A DNA stretch of 64,000 nt from Acidobacteriaceae bacterium (GCA_003139795.1 PLGM01000350.1:10160-74159), one strand, 5' to 3'. Positions 45,067 through 54,057 are shown, counted from the first letter of the stretch. Numbers and translations: made by a program. Notes: generated by a model from the letters alone, not told the origin.

Positions 45067-45117
45067 GGGAGGCAGGAGGGAAGAGCTTTCGGCTTCCGGC
45101 TGTTTGTTCGCCATCCA

Positions 45118-45146
45118 TTGACTTTGATCAATAATGTAGATACAAT
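45118..45146 (+). promoter_or_regulatory. near-consensus sigma70 promoter of brnTA
   Basis: TTGACT (45118-45123), 17-nt spacer, TACAAT (45141-45146). The predicted TSS at ~45153/45154 coincides with ATG 45154. Confidence 0.55.
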
Positions 45147-45153
45147 AATGTAT

Positions 45154-45450
45154 ATGCAGAGGGCCGGTTTGCGCTGGACTTGGGACCCTGAGAAGGCGAG
45201 GACGAACCTTGCAAAGCACAAGGTCAGCTTTGAACTTGCCGAACGCGCCCTTGGCGACCCTTTGTGCATTTCGGTCCCTGATCCGTACCCCAACGAGGAA
45301 CGATGGCGGACACTCGGATCGCCAACTGTAAATGGAATCGTTGTCCTCTACGTCGTTCATACCTGGCCTGAGGACGAAGATGGAACTGGAAGAATCATCA
45401 GCGCGCGAAAGGCCAAGGCCCATGAGAAGCGAGACTATGAAGAAAGGTAA
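45154..45450 (+). CDS. brnT: BrnT-family (DUF497) ribonuclease toxin
   Basis: MQRAGLRWTWDPEKARTNLAKHKVSFELAERAL...IISARKA matches the BrnT pattern. The start could be 45148. Confidence 0.8.
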   Translation: MQRAGLRWTWDPEKARTNLAKHKVSFELAERALGDPLCISVPDPYPNEERWRTLGSPTVNGIVVLYVVHTWPEDEDGTGRIISARKAKAHEKRDYEER

Positions 45451-45712
45451 TCCAGAGCCGCTTACGGCGAAGTTGCAGGCCGAGCTGGAGGCCTTGGCTG
45501 CGATGCCGGAGAGCGAGATCGACATCACCGAAATGCCGCCCATCACCGATTGGAGCAATGCGGTGCGCGGAGCGTTTTACCGCCCCATCAAGCGCCCTCT
45601 CTCGCTGCGCGTGGACGCCGACGTGATCGACTGGTTCCAACGCCAGGGGCAGGGCTACCAAACCCGCATGAACGCCGCCCTGCGTGAGTATGTCGAGCGG
45701 CACAGGGAATAG
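45437..45712 (+). CDS. brnA: BrnA-family antitoxin
   Basis: Overlaps the brnT stop by 14 nt. The C-terminus LSLRVDADVIDWFQRQGQGYQTRMNAALREYV is the BrnA signature. Confidence 0.8.
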   Translation: MKKGNPEPLTAKLQAELEALAAMPESEIDITEMPPITDWSNAVRGAFYRPIKRPLSLRVDADVIDWFQRQGQGYQTRMNAALREYVERHRE

Positions 45713-45850
45713 GGCTGAGGGTAAGTTGTGAAGGATGATGCGGATAGCTTTTCTCTTTCAGATCACAGACATCTCGCCAGGCTCTCGGCGTTAAGGATGA
45801 TCGACCGCTCCCTGTTCCCTGTGAGTTCATTCCAATACTCGATTACTCGA

Positions 45851-46135
45851 TCATTCCTTATTGCCAGATTGCGATCGACCGCCCTTCCTTACCTGCTTTC
45901 CAAGCCAAAAAACTCCGTACCCGACAGCACCCAATCCGGCACCAATCACAATGAGAGGCCCCAACGTTATCCCAACTCCAGTACCGACAGCAGTGAGCCC
46001 CACACCTCCAATGACTCCGTAGGTACGAGCGCCTACGGCGCCACCTGCAACAGAACAAGCCGCTGTCTTCAAAAGAGATCTTTCTTTGTCGTTGATGTGG
46101 AATCCCTGTTCGACTTCACACTGTAACAGGGTCAT
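45851..46135 (-). CDS. small glycine-zipper membrane protein
   Basis: 94 aa. GGAVGARTYGVIGGVGLTAVGTGVGITLGPLIVIGAGLGAVGYGVFWLG has GxxxG-type repeats. Lower GC. It starts 11 nt after the HNH stop. Confidence 0.55.
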   Translation of the reverse strand: MTLLQCEVEQGFHINDKERSLLKTAACSVAGGAVGARTYGVIGGVGLTAVGTGVGITLGPLIVIGAGLGAVGYGVFWLGKQVRKGGRSQSGNKE

Positions 46136-46146
46136 TTCGGGTTGTT

Positions 46147-46761
46147 CTAATAGAATAAATACTTCCTCCAGCGGTCGTCCCCCCGGCCCAACATGCGCAT
46201 GATCTGGCGGCTGGTGTGGAGGGAGAAGGGACGAGGGTCGCGCAGGAGGATCATGTCGTCGATCTCGTGGAGCATGAGGTTGCCCTTGTGGCGGTTGCAG
46301 GGGTGGCAGCAGGCTACCAGGTTTTCCCAGGTGGAGTTGCCGCCGCGGGAGCGGGGAACGACGTGGTCGAGCGTCAGTTCAGCGGATGACAGAACCTCGC
46401 CGCAGTACTGGCAGGTGTTGCGGTCGCGCAGCAGGATGTTCTTGCGCGATAGTGCGCGGGTCTGGTGGGGGATGCGGCGGTACTCCAAAAGTCGAATAAC
46501 CGAGGGCATGGCGATGCGGCTGCGCTGGGCATGGAAGATGAGGCCGTGCTCCTCTTCAGTGCGCGCAATGCCCTTGAGCACCAGCACCAGGGCGCGCCGG
46601 GCGCCGCAGATGTTGATGGGCTCATAGGAGGCGTTGAGCACCAGAACCGGCATCTGCAGCATGTGGCTGGGATGCAGGGCGGCGTAATCTCCGTCATAGG
46701 CCGCGGCCTTGGCGATGGACTTTTGCTTGCGGGCATGAATCATGGCTTTTCCCAGCGACAT
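46147..46761 (-). CDS. HNH endonuclease family protein
   Basis: CQYCG...[32 protein letters not shown] is the HNH motif. ATG 46761 follows GAGGGGAAAAGAG. The longer ORF to 47163 overlaps comF out of frame, so I rejected it. Confidence 0.85.
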   Translation of the reverse strand: MSLGKAMIHARKQKSIAKAAAYDGDYAALHPSHMLQMPVLVLNASYEPINICGARRALVLVLKGIARTEEEHGLIFHAQRSRIAMPSVIRLLEYRRIPHQTRALSRKNILLRDRNTCQYCGEVLSSAELTLDHVVPRSRGGNSTWENLVACCHPCNRHKGNLMLHEIDDMILLRDPRPFSLHTSRQIMRMLGRGDDRWRKYLFY

Positions 46762-46775
46762 CTCTTTTCCCCTCG

Positions 46776-47651
46776 TCAAAAAGATGGTTGGTCGTGCGAT
46801 GAGTAGATGCTTGTCTGTTGCTCGGCCGCGTCCGGCGAGCTGCCGGACAGCCCGGTAGTGTCCTCTGCGTCTTGAAAGTTGGAGCCCAGATGAAGTTCGT
46901 TGTTCCGGCGGGCCCTGGCCAACGTGGCTACCCACACCGAGGCTGCACCGGCCCGAACCAGGGCCTGTGCGGCGGCGCGGGCGGTTGCGCCGGTGGTCAA
47001 GATGTCGTCGATGACCAGAATGTGTTTTGCGGTGACGGCGGCCGGATCGGAGACCGAGAAGGCGCCGCGGACATTCGAGCGCCGCTGGTGGGAGGTGAGT
47101 CCGGCCTGGCTCTCGGTGGGGCGTAGGCGCATCAGCGTGCTGGAGGCCAGCGTGAGCCGCCACGCCGGATGGGTCTTGCGCAGCGCGTCAAGCGCATGCA
47201 CGGCCAGAGAGCGGGCCTGGTTGAAGCCGCGCTGGGCATGCTTGGAGCGATGCAGAGGAACCGGAACCACCAGCATCTCAGAAGGCGCGTCGGCCGCCAG
47301 TTGGGCGATGGCCTGGGCCAGCATGCGGCCCAGCGCACGAGCCAACGGGTGCAACCGGTCGTACTTGAGGGCGTGGATGGCGGCCCTCATGCGGTCCTGG
47401 TAAGGTCCGTAGGCCACGGCCCGCACAAACGGCGGCGGGGCGAGACGGCAGGGGCGGCAAAGCCCGGAACTCGATGGGACGGCAAGCGCCGGGGCGTCGA
47501 GCAGATCCCCGCAGCGCGCGCACAGGGAGCCGCTCTGGACGGGAAACTCAGTCCAGCAGGCAGCGCAGATTGGCACGGAAGAAAGCTGCGGCAGAGGGGA
47601 GCCGCAGAGAGCACAAAAGGCAGGAAGGAGGGCACAACCCAAAGCATCCAT
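46776..47651 (-). CDS. comF: ComF family protein (phosphoribosyltransferase domain)
   Basis: N-terminal Cys pairs (FCALCG...ICAACW), [13 protein letters not shown], and PRTase motif [13 protein letters not shown]. The start is uncertain: ATG 47651 or GTG 47753. Confidence 0.85.
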   Translation of the reverse strand: MDALGCALLPAFCALCGSPLPQLSSVPICAACWTEFPVQSGSLCARCGDLLDAPALAVPSSSGLCRPCRLAPPPFVRAVAYGPYQDRMRAAIHALKYDRLHPLARALGRMLAQAIAQLAADAPSEMLVVPVPLHRSKHAQRGFNQARSLAVHALDALRKTHPAWRLTLASSTLMRLRPTESQAGLTSHQRRSNVRGAFSVSDPAAVTAKHILVIDDILTTGATARAAAQALVRAGAASVWVATLARARRNNELHLGSNFQDAEDTTGLSGSSPDAAEQQTSIYSSHDQPSF

Positions 47652-47871
47652 GGGACTTCGAAGCACACGGGCCACTGCGCGCCACCGGGATGTTTCCGAT
47701 GGTGGAACGTCGAACGTCAGTGAACCGGAGTCCCTATGGAAGACGCACCTCACTTATGGCCGGCCACGCTCAACGCCCGCCTTGCCGACAGTATACCCGG
47801 TGCGGGCGGAAGATTCCATGGCATCTCAAAAAGAGGTAGTGGGCCAAGTGTTTTCCACAAGACAAGACTGG

Positions 47872-48318
47872 TCAGAACGAGAGGGAAAACATGCTAATTG
47901 CGCCATTGTATATAAGAATGCAGCGTTGCAATATATCTCTGCCGATAAGCGCATGAATACCCTGCTTCAGAAAAAGATCGCAGGAGGCAACGCGCAGATT
48001 GGAAATCGATAATGGGATATCGTTTGGTCCTGCTCCAATCTTGAAGTCTACGTCGTATGTATCTGCGGTATGCGTTCCCTGGCCAGTACTCGGAGTCACG
48101 ATGTCAATGGTTCCAGTGGGGGTCAGATTCAGCGCAGCAAGCACTGACGGGTCTACGGATGTGAAAGAGGCTCCAGTGTCGATAAGCGCTCTAATGACCT
48201 GCAGTGGTGGGATAGGTTCATTCGCAGCCGTTAGAGCATGTAGACGACCCTCAGACACGTACACGCCAGCATTTACGACCGGACCCGAAAGATCAAGGTT
48301 CAACGAAAAATGAGGCAT
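47872..48318 (-). CDS. retropepsin-like (clan AA) aspartic protease
   Basis: 148 aa with ALIDTGAS (D-T-G active site) and ALIGRDIL. Lower GC. Confidence 0.7.
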   Translation of the reverse strand: MPHFSLNLDLSGPVVNAGVYVSEGRLHALTAANEPIPPLQVIRALIDTGASFTSVDPSVLAALNLTPTGTIDIVTPSTGQGTHTADTYDVDFKIGAGPNDIPLSISNLRVASCDLFLKQGIHALIGRDILQRCILIYNGAISMFSLSF

Positions 48319-48323
48319 GTAAT

Positions 48324-48566
48324 TTAAGAGGCTCTCCGTACCGGGAAGATCGGCCTCGTGAAGTAGTACACGGGTTCGACCGCGTGTATCTGCTTAACGA
48401 GGAATGGCGTCAAACCAAATCGCTTATACCCCTCTTTGAGCGCATCATCGTATGACGTGAAGTAGTCAAGCACTTCTTCACCTTGAATCAGCACGAATTT
48501 ACCCTCATGCTGTTTTATTTCAGCAAGTTTCGCTTGGTAGGTTGCAATTTCTTTTTCGAGTGCCAT
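48324..48566 (-). CDS. 80-aa hypothetical protein co-transcribed with the aspartic protease
   Basis: ATG 48566: MALEKEIATYQAKLAEIKQHEGKFVLIQGEEVLDYFTSYDDALKEGYKRFGLTPFLVKQI... It stops 5 nt before the protease start. Confidence 0.55.
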   Translation of the reverse strand: MALEKEIATYQAKLAEIKQHEGKFVLIQGEEVLDYFTSYDDALKEGYKRFGLTPFLVKQIHAVEPVYYFTRPIFPVRRAS

Positions 48567-48685
48567 GGGGTCTCCCATAGTATGGCGGGGTTGTCCCGCT
48601 GTCAATAGGCTTTTCAAGTGCAATTATGGCACCACTTCTTGCCTCTCTGAACAAAAAGTTCCTTAAAATGCCATGGAAAGTCCAT

Positions 48686-49338
48686 CTAAAATCGACCGTC
48701 CAGCAACTTCACCATTTCTTCGATGCCCAAAACATGGTTTGAGATGCCAGATTCCATCGCAGGGTGACCCTTAGAGTTTGGTGTACCCGGCAGAAATTAT
48801 AGTAAAGAAAGTAGATAGCCAGCATGTGCTCATGGTTCTCTACTTTTTTGCTGAATCCGTTCGTGAGCCGGGTGAACCGCCGCATGGACATGCGCATGGT
48901 GAGGTTCTGCCGCTCTACGTATGACGTGTTGATGTGCTTAGGTTCCAGGGTTCCCATGACGATATGCGATTTCGCGCCAATGCATACACCGGGGCTGTAG
49001 CGGGTGTCCGGATGTGACGGGGTGCCATAGAGCTTTATGAGCATCGCGGAGTCCACATCCATGCCAAATGCTCCCTCGACGGCTTCTACATAAGCCTTGA
49101 GCCCGTCCGTGGTGATTTGAACGCGAGTGGTCAACCGCGACGCTACATCCTCCATAAACAATTTTGCCCAATCCGCACTCGAAGCAGCCCAACCCGTCGC
49201 TGCGAGTGAAGATACAAATGAACGGATCAAAGGTCTGTCGCGAAATCCCGCCAACTCGCTAACCCGCCATCCCCGCTTGAGCGGGGGCTGACTTGCTGCA
49301 TTGGTTCGAATCCGATCCGAATCCTCCCTTTTGTCCAT
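48686..49338 (-). pseudogene. DDE transposase remnant (IS1-like family), N-terminally truncated and frameshifted
   Basis: Contains TTDGLKAYVEAVEGAFG...SYVERQNLTMRMSMRRFTRLTNGFSKKVENHEHMLAIYFLYYNFCRVHQTLRVT. The expected continuation PAMESGISNHVLGIEEMVKLLDGRF* is present in another frame (to stop 48686-48688). Confidence 0.7.
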
Positions 49339-49368
49339 GAGGAGGGCCAGGCAGGCTGAATGAGCGCT

Positions 49369-49584
49369 CTAGCGGCTCAGTTTGATCCTGAAACAGACCA
49401 GGCCGCCGCCCGTCAGGATGGCTGCGATGCCCAGAAAAGGAGGAATGCGCACCGGATGGTGTTCTGTCGTGTCGACCTGCACCAGCCCCACATCGGAGAC
49501 CCGGTTATGGCTGGTATAGGAGAAACCTCCGTAGAGGATGGCCGCCAATCCGGCCACGATCAAGAGAATTCCGGCAATCTTCAT
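49369..49584 (-). CDS. small 2-TM membrane protein
   Basis: 71 aa. MKIAGILLIVAGLAAILYGG...IPPFLGIAAILTGGGLV gives two hydrophobic helices. Confidence 0.55.
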   Translation of the reverse strand: MKIAGILLIVAGLAAILYGGFSYTSHNRVSDVGLVQVDTTEHHPVRIPPFLGIAAILTGGGLVCFRIKLSR

Positions 49585-49713
49585 TCGTGCTCCTGTTTTT
49601 GGTTGCGGAGCAGGGCGGCGGTTGGCTCATCCCTGGCCTTCGGGGCGCGTCGTCACTGCGGGCGCGGCCGCATCTCCGTCATGAGCCCTTCGCCGGCTTG
49701 ATTCCTGCGTTCG

Positions 49714-49977
49714 CTAAATGATGTTGCGATCCTCCGCGACAATGATTTTGCGATTCTCACGCGCAGCTTCTTCATTCGTTTGGTGCTGCGCCGCGGCGTT
49801 GTCTCTGGCATCGCGGGCAGCATCTTTCACCTTTCCCACGGCCGTCTCAACTTTTCCCTTTATTTGTTGAGCAACACCTTCGACCTGGGTCCTGGTGTCG
49901 CCGGTCAAGTTTCCGACATGACGCTTGGCGCCGCCCACCACATTGTCGATCGCGCCTTTCACTCTTTGCTTGTCCAT
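49714..49977 (-). CDS. CsbD-family stress-response protein
   Basis: MDKQRVKGAIDNVVGGAKRHVGNLTGDTRTQVEGVAQQIKGKVE is a typical CsbD-like sequence. Confidence 0.8.
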   Translation of the reverse strand: MDKQRVKGAIDNVVGGAKRHVGNLTGDTRTQVEGVAQQIKGKVETAVGKVKDAARDARDNAAAQHQTNEEAARENRKIIVAEDRNII

Positions 49978-50140
49978 CTGTGCATGCTCCTAAGGTCCAG
50001 TTGTTCATGAATCGAGGCTGGCGTCCGTACCAAAAGGGACACAGACAACGCGCAGGGCGTGCTTGCGCCCGCAAGGACATCGTTCTTTTTGACCATGTTT
50101 TCCGATTGGGCAATGAGAGCGAATCGGGCTGACACGTCGT

Positions 50141-50617
50141 TCAAGCGCCAGGGGCGTGCGGCGCGGCTCCCGTTCCCTGCTTCACTTCTTCCCCCGGGAC
50201 AGAAGGGGTTGGCGCCTGCCGCTGGGTCCAGGCGGTCTTTACCTTTTCGTATGTTTCCTGCATCGCATCGAGTTCAAGATCGGTCAATCTCTCGATATCG
50301 ATCATTTGATCCCGGGCTTTATCCATGGCCCGGATCAGCTCATTGAGCTTGAGGTTGATGGCGCGCGAATCCCGGTTCTGGGTGTTCTGGATCAGGAAGA
50401 CCATGAGAAAGGTGATGAGGGACGTTCCCATGCTTATGACGATGGCCCACGCGGCGGAAAAATGAAATACCGGGCCCGTGGCGGCCCACAGAACGATCAC
50501 CAGGCCCGCGCCCACAAACGCCCACGTGGATCCCAGCCAGGCGGAGGCCGTTGCGGCGAATCGGCCAAAACGATCGTGCACGGTAGGGATCTGCCCTTCG
50601 GTTGCTCGTCTGGTCAT
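50141..50617 (-). CDS. low-affinity iron permease (Fet4-like) family protein
   Basis: GTSLITFLMVFLIQNTQNRDSRAINLKLNELIRA is the family signature. ATG 50617 follows GGAGG. Confidence 0.8.
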   Translation of the reverse strand: MTRRATEGQIPTVHDRFGRFAATASAWLGSTWAFVGAGLVIVLWAATGPVFHFSAAWAIVISMGTSLITFLMVFLIQNTQNRDSRAINLKLNELIRAMDKARDQMIDIERLTDLELDAMQETYEKVKTAWTQRQAPTPSVPGEEVKQGTGAAPHAPGA

Positions 50618-50756
50618 TCGTCTGGCCTCCGTTGTCTGGCTACTCCCTGAGGATACGATGCAACGGATGGAGGGCGCTGTGCGCAATTGAGCTTACAGCC
50701 GCGGGCAACGGAGGGAGCGCCGCTTACGATACACTTCAGCCTGTGGAGGACTCTCG

Positions 50757-52775
50757 TTGCTGCCTGTCCGCGGACTCTTTTCCGGCGTCCTGATCGGTCT
50801 TCTTTCCGTACCCGGCGATTGCCTGGCGCAAACGGCGCAAACGCCCAGCGGCACACGCGGCAGCGGTCCCGTTGTCACCGTGCTGACGGCCACGGCGGTG
50901 GCGCCTGCCGCTTCTCAGGCTGCATCGGGCATGCAATCGGGGTCCCAGCAACCCCCTCCTCAAAATGGCATGGGCGGCATCGCCGGGGGCATAGGAGCCG
51001 CGCCGGTCTACGACGAACTGAAGCGGCCCATCACGGCGGGCGGATTTGTGGACTCCGGGACAGTGGTTTTTCAGGACATCACCAGGCAGGCTGGCCTCTC
51101 CGGCTGGGTCCACAAGATGGGCGTGCCGGAGAAGCAGTTCATCGTGGAGACCAACGGGTCGGGGGTGGGACTGATCGACTACGACCGCAGCGGCTGGCTA
51201 TCTATCTACCTGGTCAACGGGTCGACCTTTGCAGCGCTGGACGGCAAGGAAGAGCCGCCGCACGCCGCCCTGTTCCGCAATAACCACGACGGAACGTTTA
51301 CCGATGTGGCTGCCCAGGCGGGCGTGACCAATGACCGCTGGGGCTACGGGGTGAGCATCGCCGACTACGACAACGACGGCTGGCCCGACATCTATGTGGG
51401 CAACTACGGCAAAAACCGGCTTTACCACAACAACCACAACGGAACGTTTACCGATATGGCGGAGCAGGCCGGGGTAGCGCTGGGCAACTGGTCGCCCGGC
51501 TCGGCCTGGGGCGACTACGACGGCGACGGGTTGCTGGATCTGTATGTGACCGGCTACGTACACTTCGACCGCGACAGCCTGCCCATTGCCGGCACCAAGG
51601 CGGTGGGCTACGCCTTCTGCCAGTATCGCGGCGCGGCGGTAAACTGCGGGCCGCGCGGGCTTAAGGGCGAGCCCGACCATTTGTTCCACAACAACGGCAA
51701 CGGAACGTTTACCGATGTGACCGTGAAGGCCGGCGTGGAGGACAAGGAACGCTATTACGGGTTCTCCACGATCTTTGTGAGTCTCAACGGCAACGGCAAG
51801 CCGGACCTGGTGGTGGGCAACGACTCGGAGCCGAATTTTCTTTACATCAACAAGGGGGACGGGACCTTCGACGACCAGAGCTACGTGTCGGGATTCGCGC
51901 TGAACAAGGATGGGCGCGAGATTGCCTCCATGGGCATTGCCGCGGGCGACTACGAGAACAACGGGCTGGTGGACTTTTTCGTCACCGACTTCGGGGACGA
52001 CTACAAGGTGCTTTACCACAACGACGGTGATGCAAGCTTTACCGATGTGAGCTACAAGGCCGGGATTGCGCAGACTACGATTCCGTTTGTTGGTTGGGGC
52101 GACGGCTTCATCGACTACGACAACGACGGCTGGCTGGACCTCTTCATGGTGAATGGCCACGTGTATCCGGAGGTGGACCAGCACGACTGGGGGACGACCT
52201 TTGCCGAGCGCCCGCTGCTGTTCCACAACGTACCGGAAGCCAACGGGAAGGGCCGGCGTTTCGAGTATGTGCCGCCGGTGAAGGGATCGGGGCTGGCGGT
52301 GGTGATTCCGGCGCGAGGCGCGGCGTTCGGGGACCTGTTCAACGACGGCAAGATCGATGTCGTCATCAATCCCATCGACGGACCGCCCGTGCTGCTGAGG
52401 AACGTGAATCCGGACCATCATCACTGGGTGGAGTTGGCGCTGGTGGGCGGACCCAAAAGCCCGCGCGACGCCACCTGCGCCACGGTTTACCTGAAGGCCA
52501 ACGGGATGCGCATGCGCCAGGACGTGCTGGCCAGCGGCAGCTATATCTCGTCGAGCGACCGGCGGCTGCACTTCGGGCTGGGCGACGCGACCGACGCCGG
52601 AACCGCGGAGATTCACTGGCCTTCCGGCGCCAGGGAGACGGTGAAGCTGCCCGCGGAGGACCGGATTTTCACCATTACCGAGGGGCAGGGAATTACCGGC
52701 GCGCTCTGCGGGGGCACACCTTGCGCAACTGAGGCTACGCCCAGGGCCGAACACCCGGTCGAGAAAAAGCCATAA
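50757..52775 (+). CDS. CRTAC1-family protein (FG-GAP/VCBS repeats + ASPIC/UnbV domain), exported
   Basis: Repeated N(H)DGTFTDV...DYDNDGW(P/L)D units. C-terminal ...ASGSYISSSDRRLHFGLG resembles UnbV_ASPIC. TTG start follows GGAGGA. Confidence 0.85.
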   Translation: MLPVRGLFSGVLIGLLSVPGDCLAQTAQTPSGTRGSGPVVTVLTATAVAPAASQAASGMQSGSQQPPPQNGMGGIAGGIGAAPVYDELKRPITAGGFVDSGTVVFQDITRQAGLSGWVHKMGVPEKQFIVETNGSGVGLIDYDRSGWLSIYLVNGSTFAALDGKEEPPHAALFRNNHDGTFTDVAAQAGVTNDRWGYGVSIADYDNDGWPDIYVGNYGKNRLYHNNHNGTFTDMAEQAGVALGNWSPGSAWGDYDGDGLLDLYVTGYVHFDRDSLPIAGTKAVGYAFCQYRGAAVNCGPRGLKGEPDHLFHNNGNGTFTDVTVKAGVEDKERYYGFSTIFVSLNGNGKPDLVVGNDSEPNFLYINKGDGTFDDQSYVSGFALNKDGREIASMGIAAGDYENNGLVDFFVTDFGDDYKVLYHNDGDASFTDVSYKAGIAQTTIPFVGWGDGFIDYDNDGWLDLFMVNGHVYPEVDQHDWGTTFAERPLLFHNVPEANGKGRRFEYVPPVKGSGLAVVIPARGAAFGDLFNDGKIDVVINPIDGPPVLLRNVNPDHHHWVELALVGGPKSPRDATCATVYLKANGMRMRQDVLASGSYISSSDRRLHFGLGDATDAGTAEIHWPSGARETVKLPAEDRIFTITEGQGITGALCGGTPCATEATPRAEHPVEKKP

Positions 52776-52789
52776 TTGCCGGATGCGAT

Positions 52790-52820
52790 CACCGGGGTGG
52801 AAAGGAAATCCACCCCGGTG
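52790..52820. terminator. 12-bp-stem hairpin between convergent CRTAC1 and usp genes
   Basis: CACCGGGGTGGA (52790-52801) pairs with TCCACCCCGGTG (52809-52820); 7-nt loop. Confidence 0.55.
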
Positions 52821-52829
52821 GTTGTGATT

Positions 52830-53789
52830 CTAAAAAACGCCGGCCATATAGACTTCAGCCGAACGATGCTTTTCCGCCTTCACGCCGCACTCGGCCAGCA
52901 CTACGGGCGACAATGTGATCACCGGGCAGTGGGTGTGGGCCAGTACCTTGTAGACCACGCCGTGGCGGGTGATGGCGGCAAAGGCCGATGCACCCTGCGC
53001 GCCCAGCACGATCAGATCCGCCTGCTGGGCTCTGCCCTGGTAGAGAAGTTCCTCAGTCGGATCGCCGGGCACCACGATGGTCTGCACGGCAATCTTTCTC
53101 AGCAACTCGGGCGGAATCAGCGCCAGAAGATCGGCCTCAACCTGATCGATCGAGCGGCCGGCGAGGACCTCGGCGCGCTCCTGGGGCCGGATCACATGCT
53201 GCAGGATCAGGCGGGCGTTGTGCTGAGCAGCGAGTTCCGCGGCAAAGGTGGCCACCATATAGCTCGCGTCCTGGAGGCTCACGGCGCACAGGATGGTGCG
53301 GGTGGCAAAGTTGCGGTAGGCGCCCTCGACCACCTCGGGGCCGACGATGTAAACCGGAACTCTGGCGGTGCGGAGCACGGCCTCGGCCACCGAGCCCACC
53401 AGGAGCTTGCCGATGGGACCGGGAGAGTGAGTGCCCATGACCACGCGGTCGATCGCGCGCTCGCGCAGGAAGGCGAGGATCTGGTCCGCGGGCAATCCAG
53501 GCCTGACGACGATTTCGCATCGGATGCCAGCCTCGCGCGCGCGCTGAGCAAAAGGTTCAAGGCCCTGCATTTCGGCATGGGCGGCTGCGGCATAGTCGTA
53601 GTAACGGATACCCGAGGTCTCCGATGCGGCCACTACCAGAGTGTCATAGGCGTGAAAGAGGATGAGATCGGCGCCAAATTCGGCGGCCTGCGCCAGAGCG
53701 AAGGCGAAGGCCTTTTCATTGGCGGGAATCTCGGAGGCGAAGAGGATGGTGGAGGGTTTACTCCAACCTGGCTTGATTACGGCTGCCAT
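52830..53789 (-). CDS. tandem universal stress protein (two Usp domains)
   Basis: 319 aa with two UspA-like halves (ILFASE... / ILCAVS...; GTHSPGPIGKLLVGSVAEAVLRTARVPVYIV). Confidence 0.85.
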   Translation of the reverse strand: MAAVIKPGWSKPSTILFASEIPANEKAFAFALAQAAEFGADLILFHAYDTLVVAASETSGIRYYDYAAAAHAEMQGLEPFAQRAREAGIRCEIVVRPGLPADQILAFLRERAIDRVVMGTHSPGPIGKLLVGSVAEAVLRTARVPVYIVGPEVVEGAYRNFATRTILCAVSLQDASYMVATFAAELAAQHNARLILQHVIRPQERAEVLAGRSIDQVEADLLALIPPELLRKIAVQTIVVPGDPTEELLYQGRAQQADLIVLGAQGASAFAAITRHGVVYKVLAHTHCPVITLSPVVLAECGVKAEKHRSAEVYMAGVF

Positions 53790-53863
53790 GGGAACCTCCT
53801 GGAGGTGCGACAGAATGTTAGAAGGGCCGCCACCGGATTACGGTGCCCGGTGGCACAGGTCGG

Positions 53864-53879
53864 CGTGATCTAAATCACG
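53864..53879. promoter_or_regulatory. CRP/FNR-type box CGTGA-TCTAAA-TCACG upstream of usp
   Basis: 8/10 match to TGTGA-N6-TCACA with perfectly symmetric GTGA/TCAC cores. On the minus strand CGTAAT (53837-53842) lies 32 nt from the box centre, which is class II geometry. Confidence 0.45.
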
Positions 53880-54041
53880 TCTGGAGCGTACGGGGGCCGG
53901 TTTCCGGCGGACCGGGAGCCATGTTTCGATCAGTAAAAACACAGGTTCCAAACTAATCGTTCAATCGCACGGAATGGCGCGCCTTTTGCGGGAAGTGGTC
54001 GAAAGGGAGATAACGGCGAAGCTGTGGATTGAGCGAGATGA

Positions 54042-54057
54042 AGTGATCCCAATCACA
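54042..54057. promoter_or_regulatory. CRP/FNR-type box AGTGA-TCCCAA-TCACA upstream of the radical SAM gene
   Basis: 9/10 match to TGTGA-N6-TCACA. It lies 232 nt upstream of ATG 54282, in a 490-nt non-coding gap. Confidence 0.4.

Noticed and set aside
44239-45558. 439-aa minus-strand ORF spanning the 44197-45066 gene and brnT
   Set aside because: It crosses two well-supported plus-strand genes and an intergenic promoter. It has no motif and a shadow-ORF composition.
46147-47163. 338-aa extended HNH ORF overlapping comF
   Set aside because: The N-terminal 134 aa are Arg/Gly/His-rich and overlap the ComF coding frame. ATG 46761, with a GAGGGG RBS, gives the conserved ~205-aa HNH protein.
49268-49325. 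tRNA-like T-arm (GGTTCGAATCC at 49303-49313) suggesting a tRNA gene or integration site
   Set aside because: No matching acceptor stem, D-arm or 7-nt anticodon loop could be built. The nearby hairpin CCCCGC-TTGA-GCGGGG has a 4-nt loop, and the segment lies inside the transposase remnant frame.
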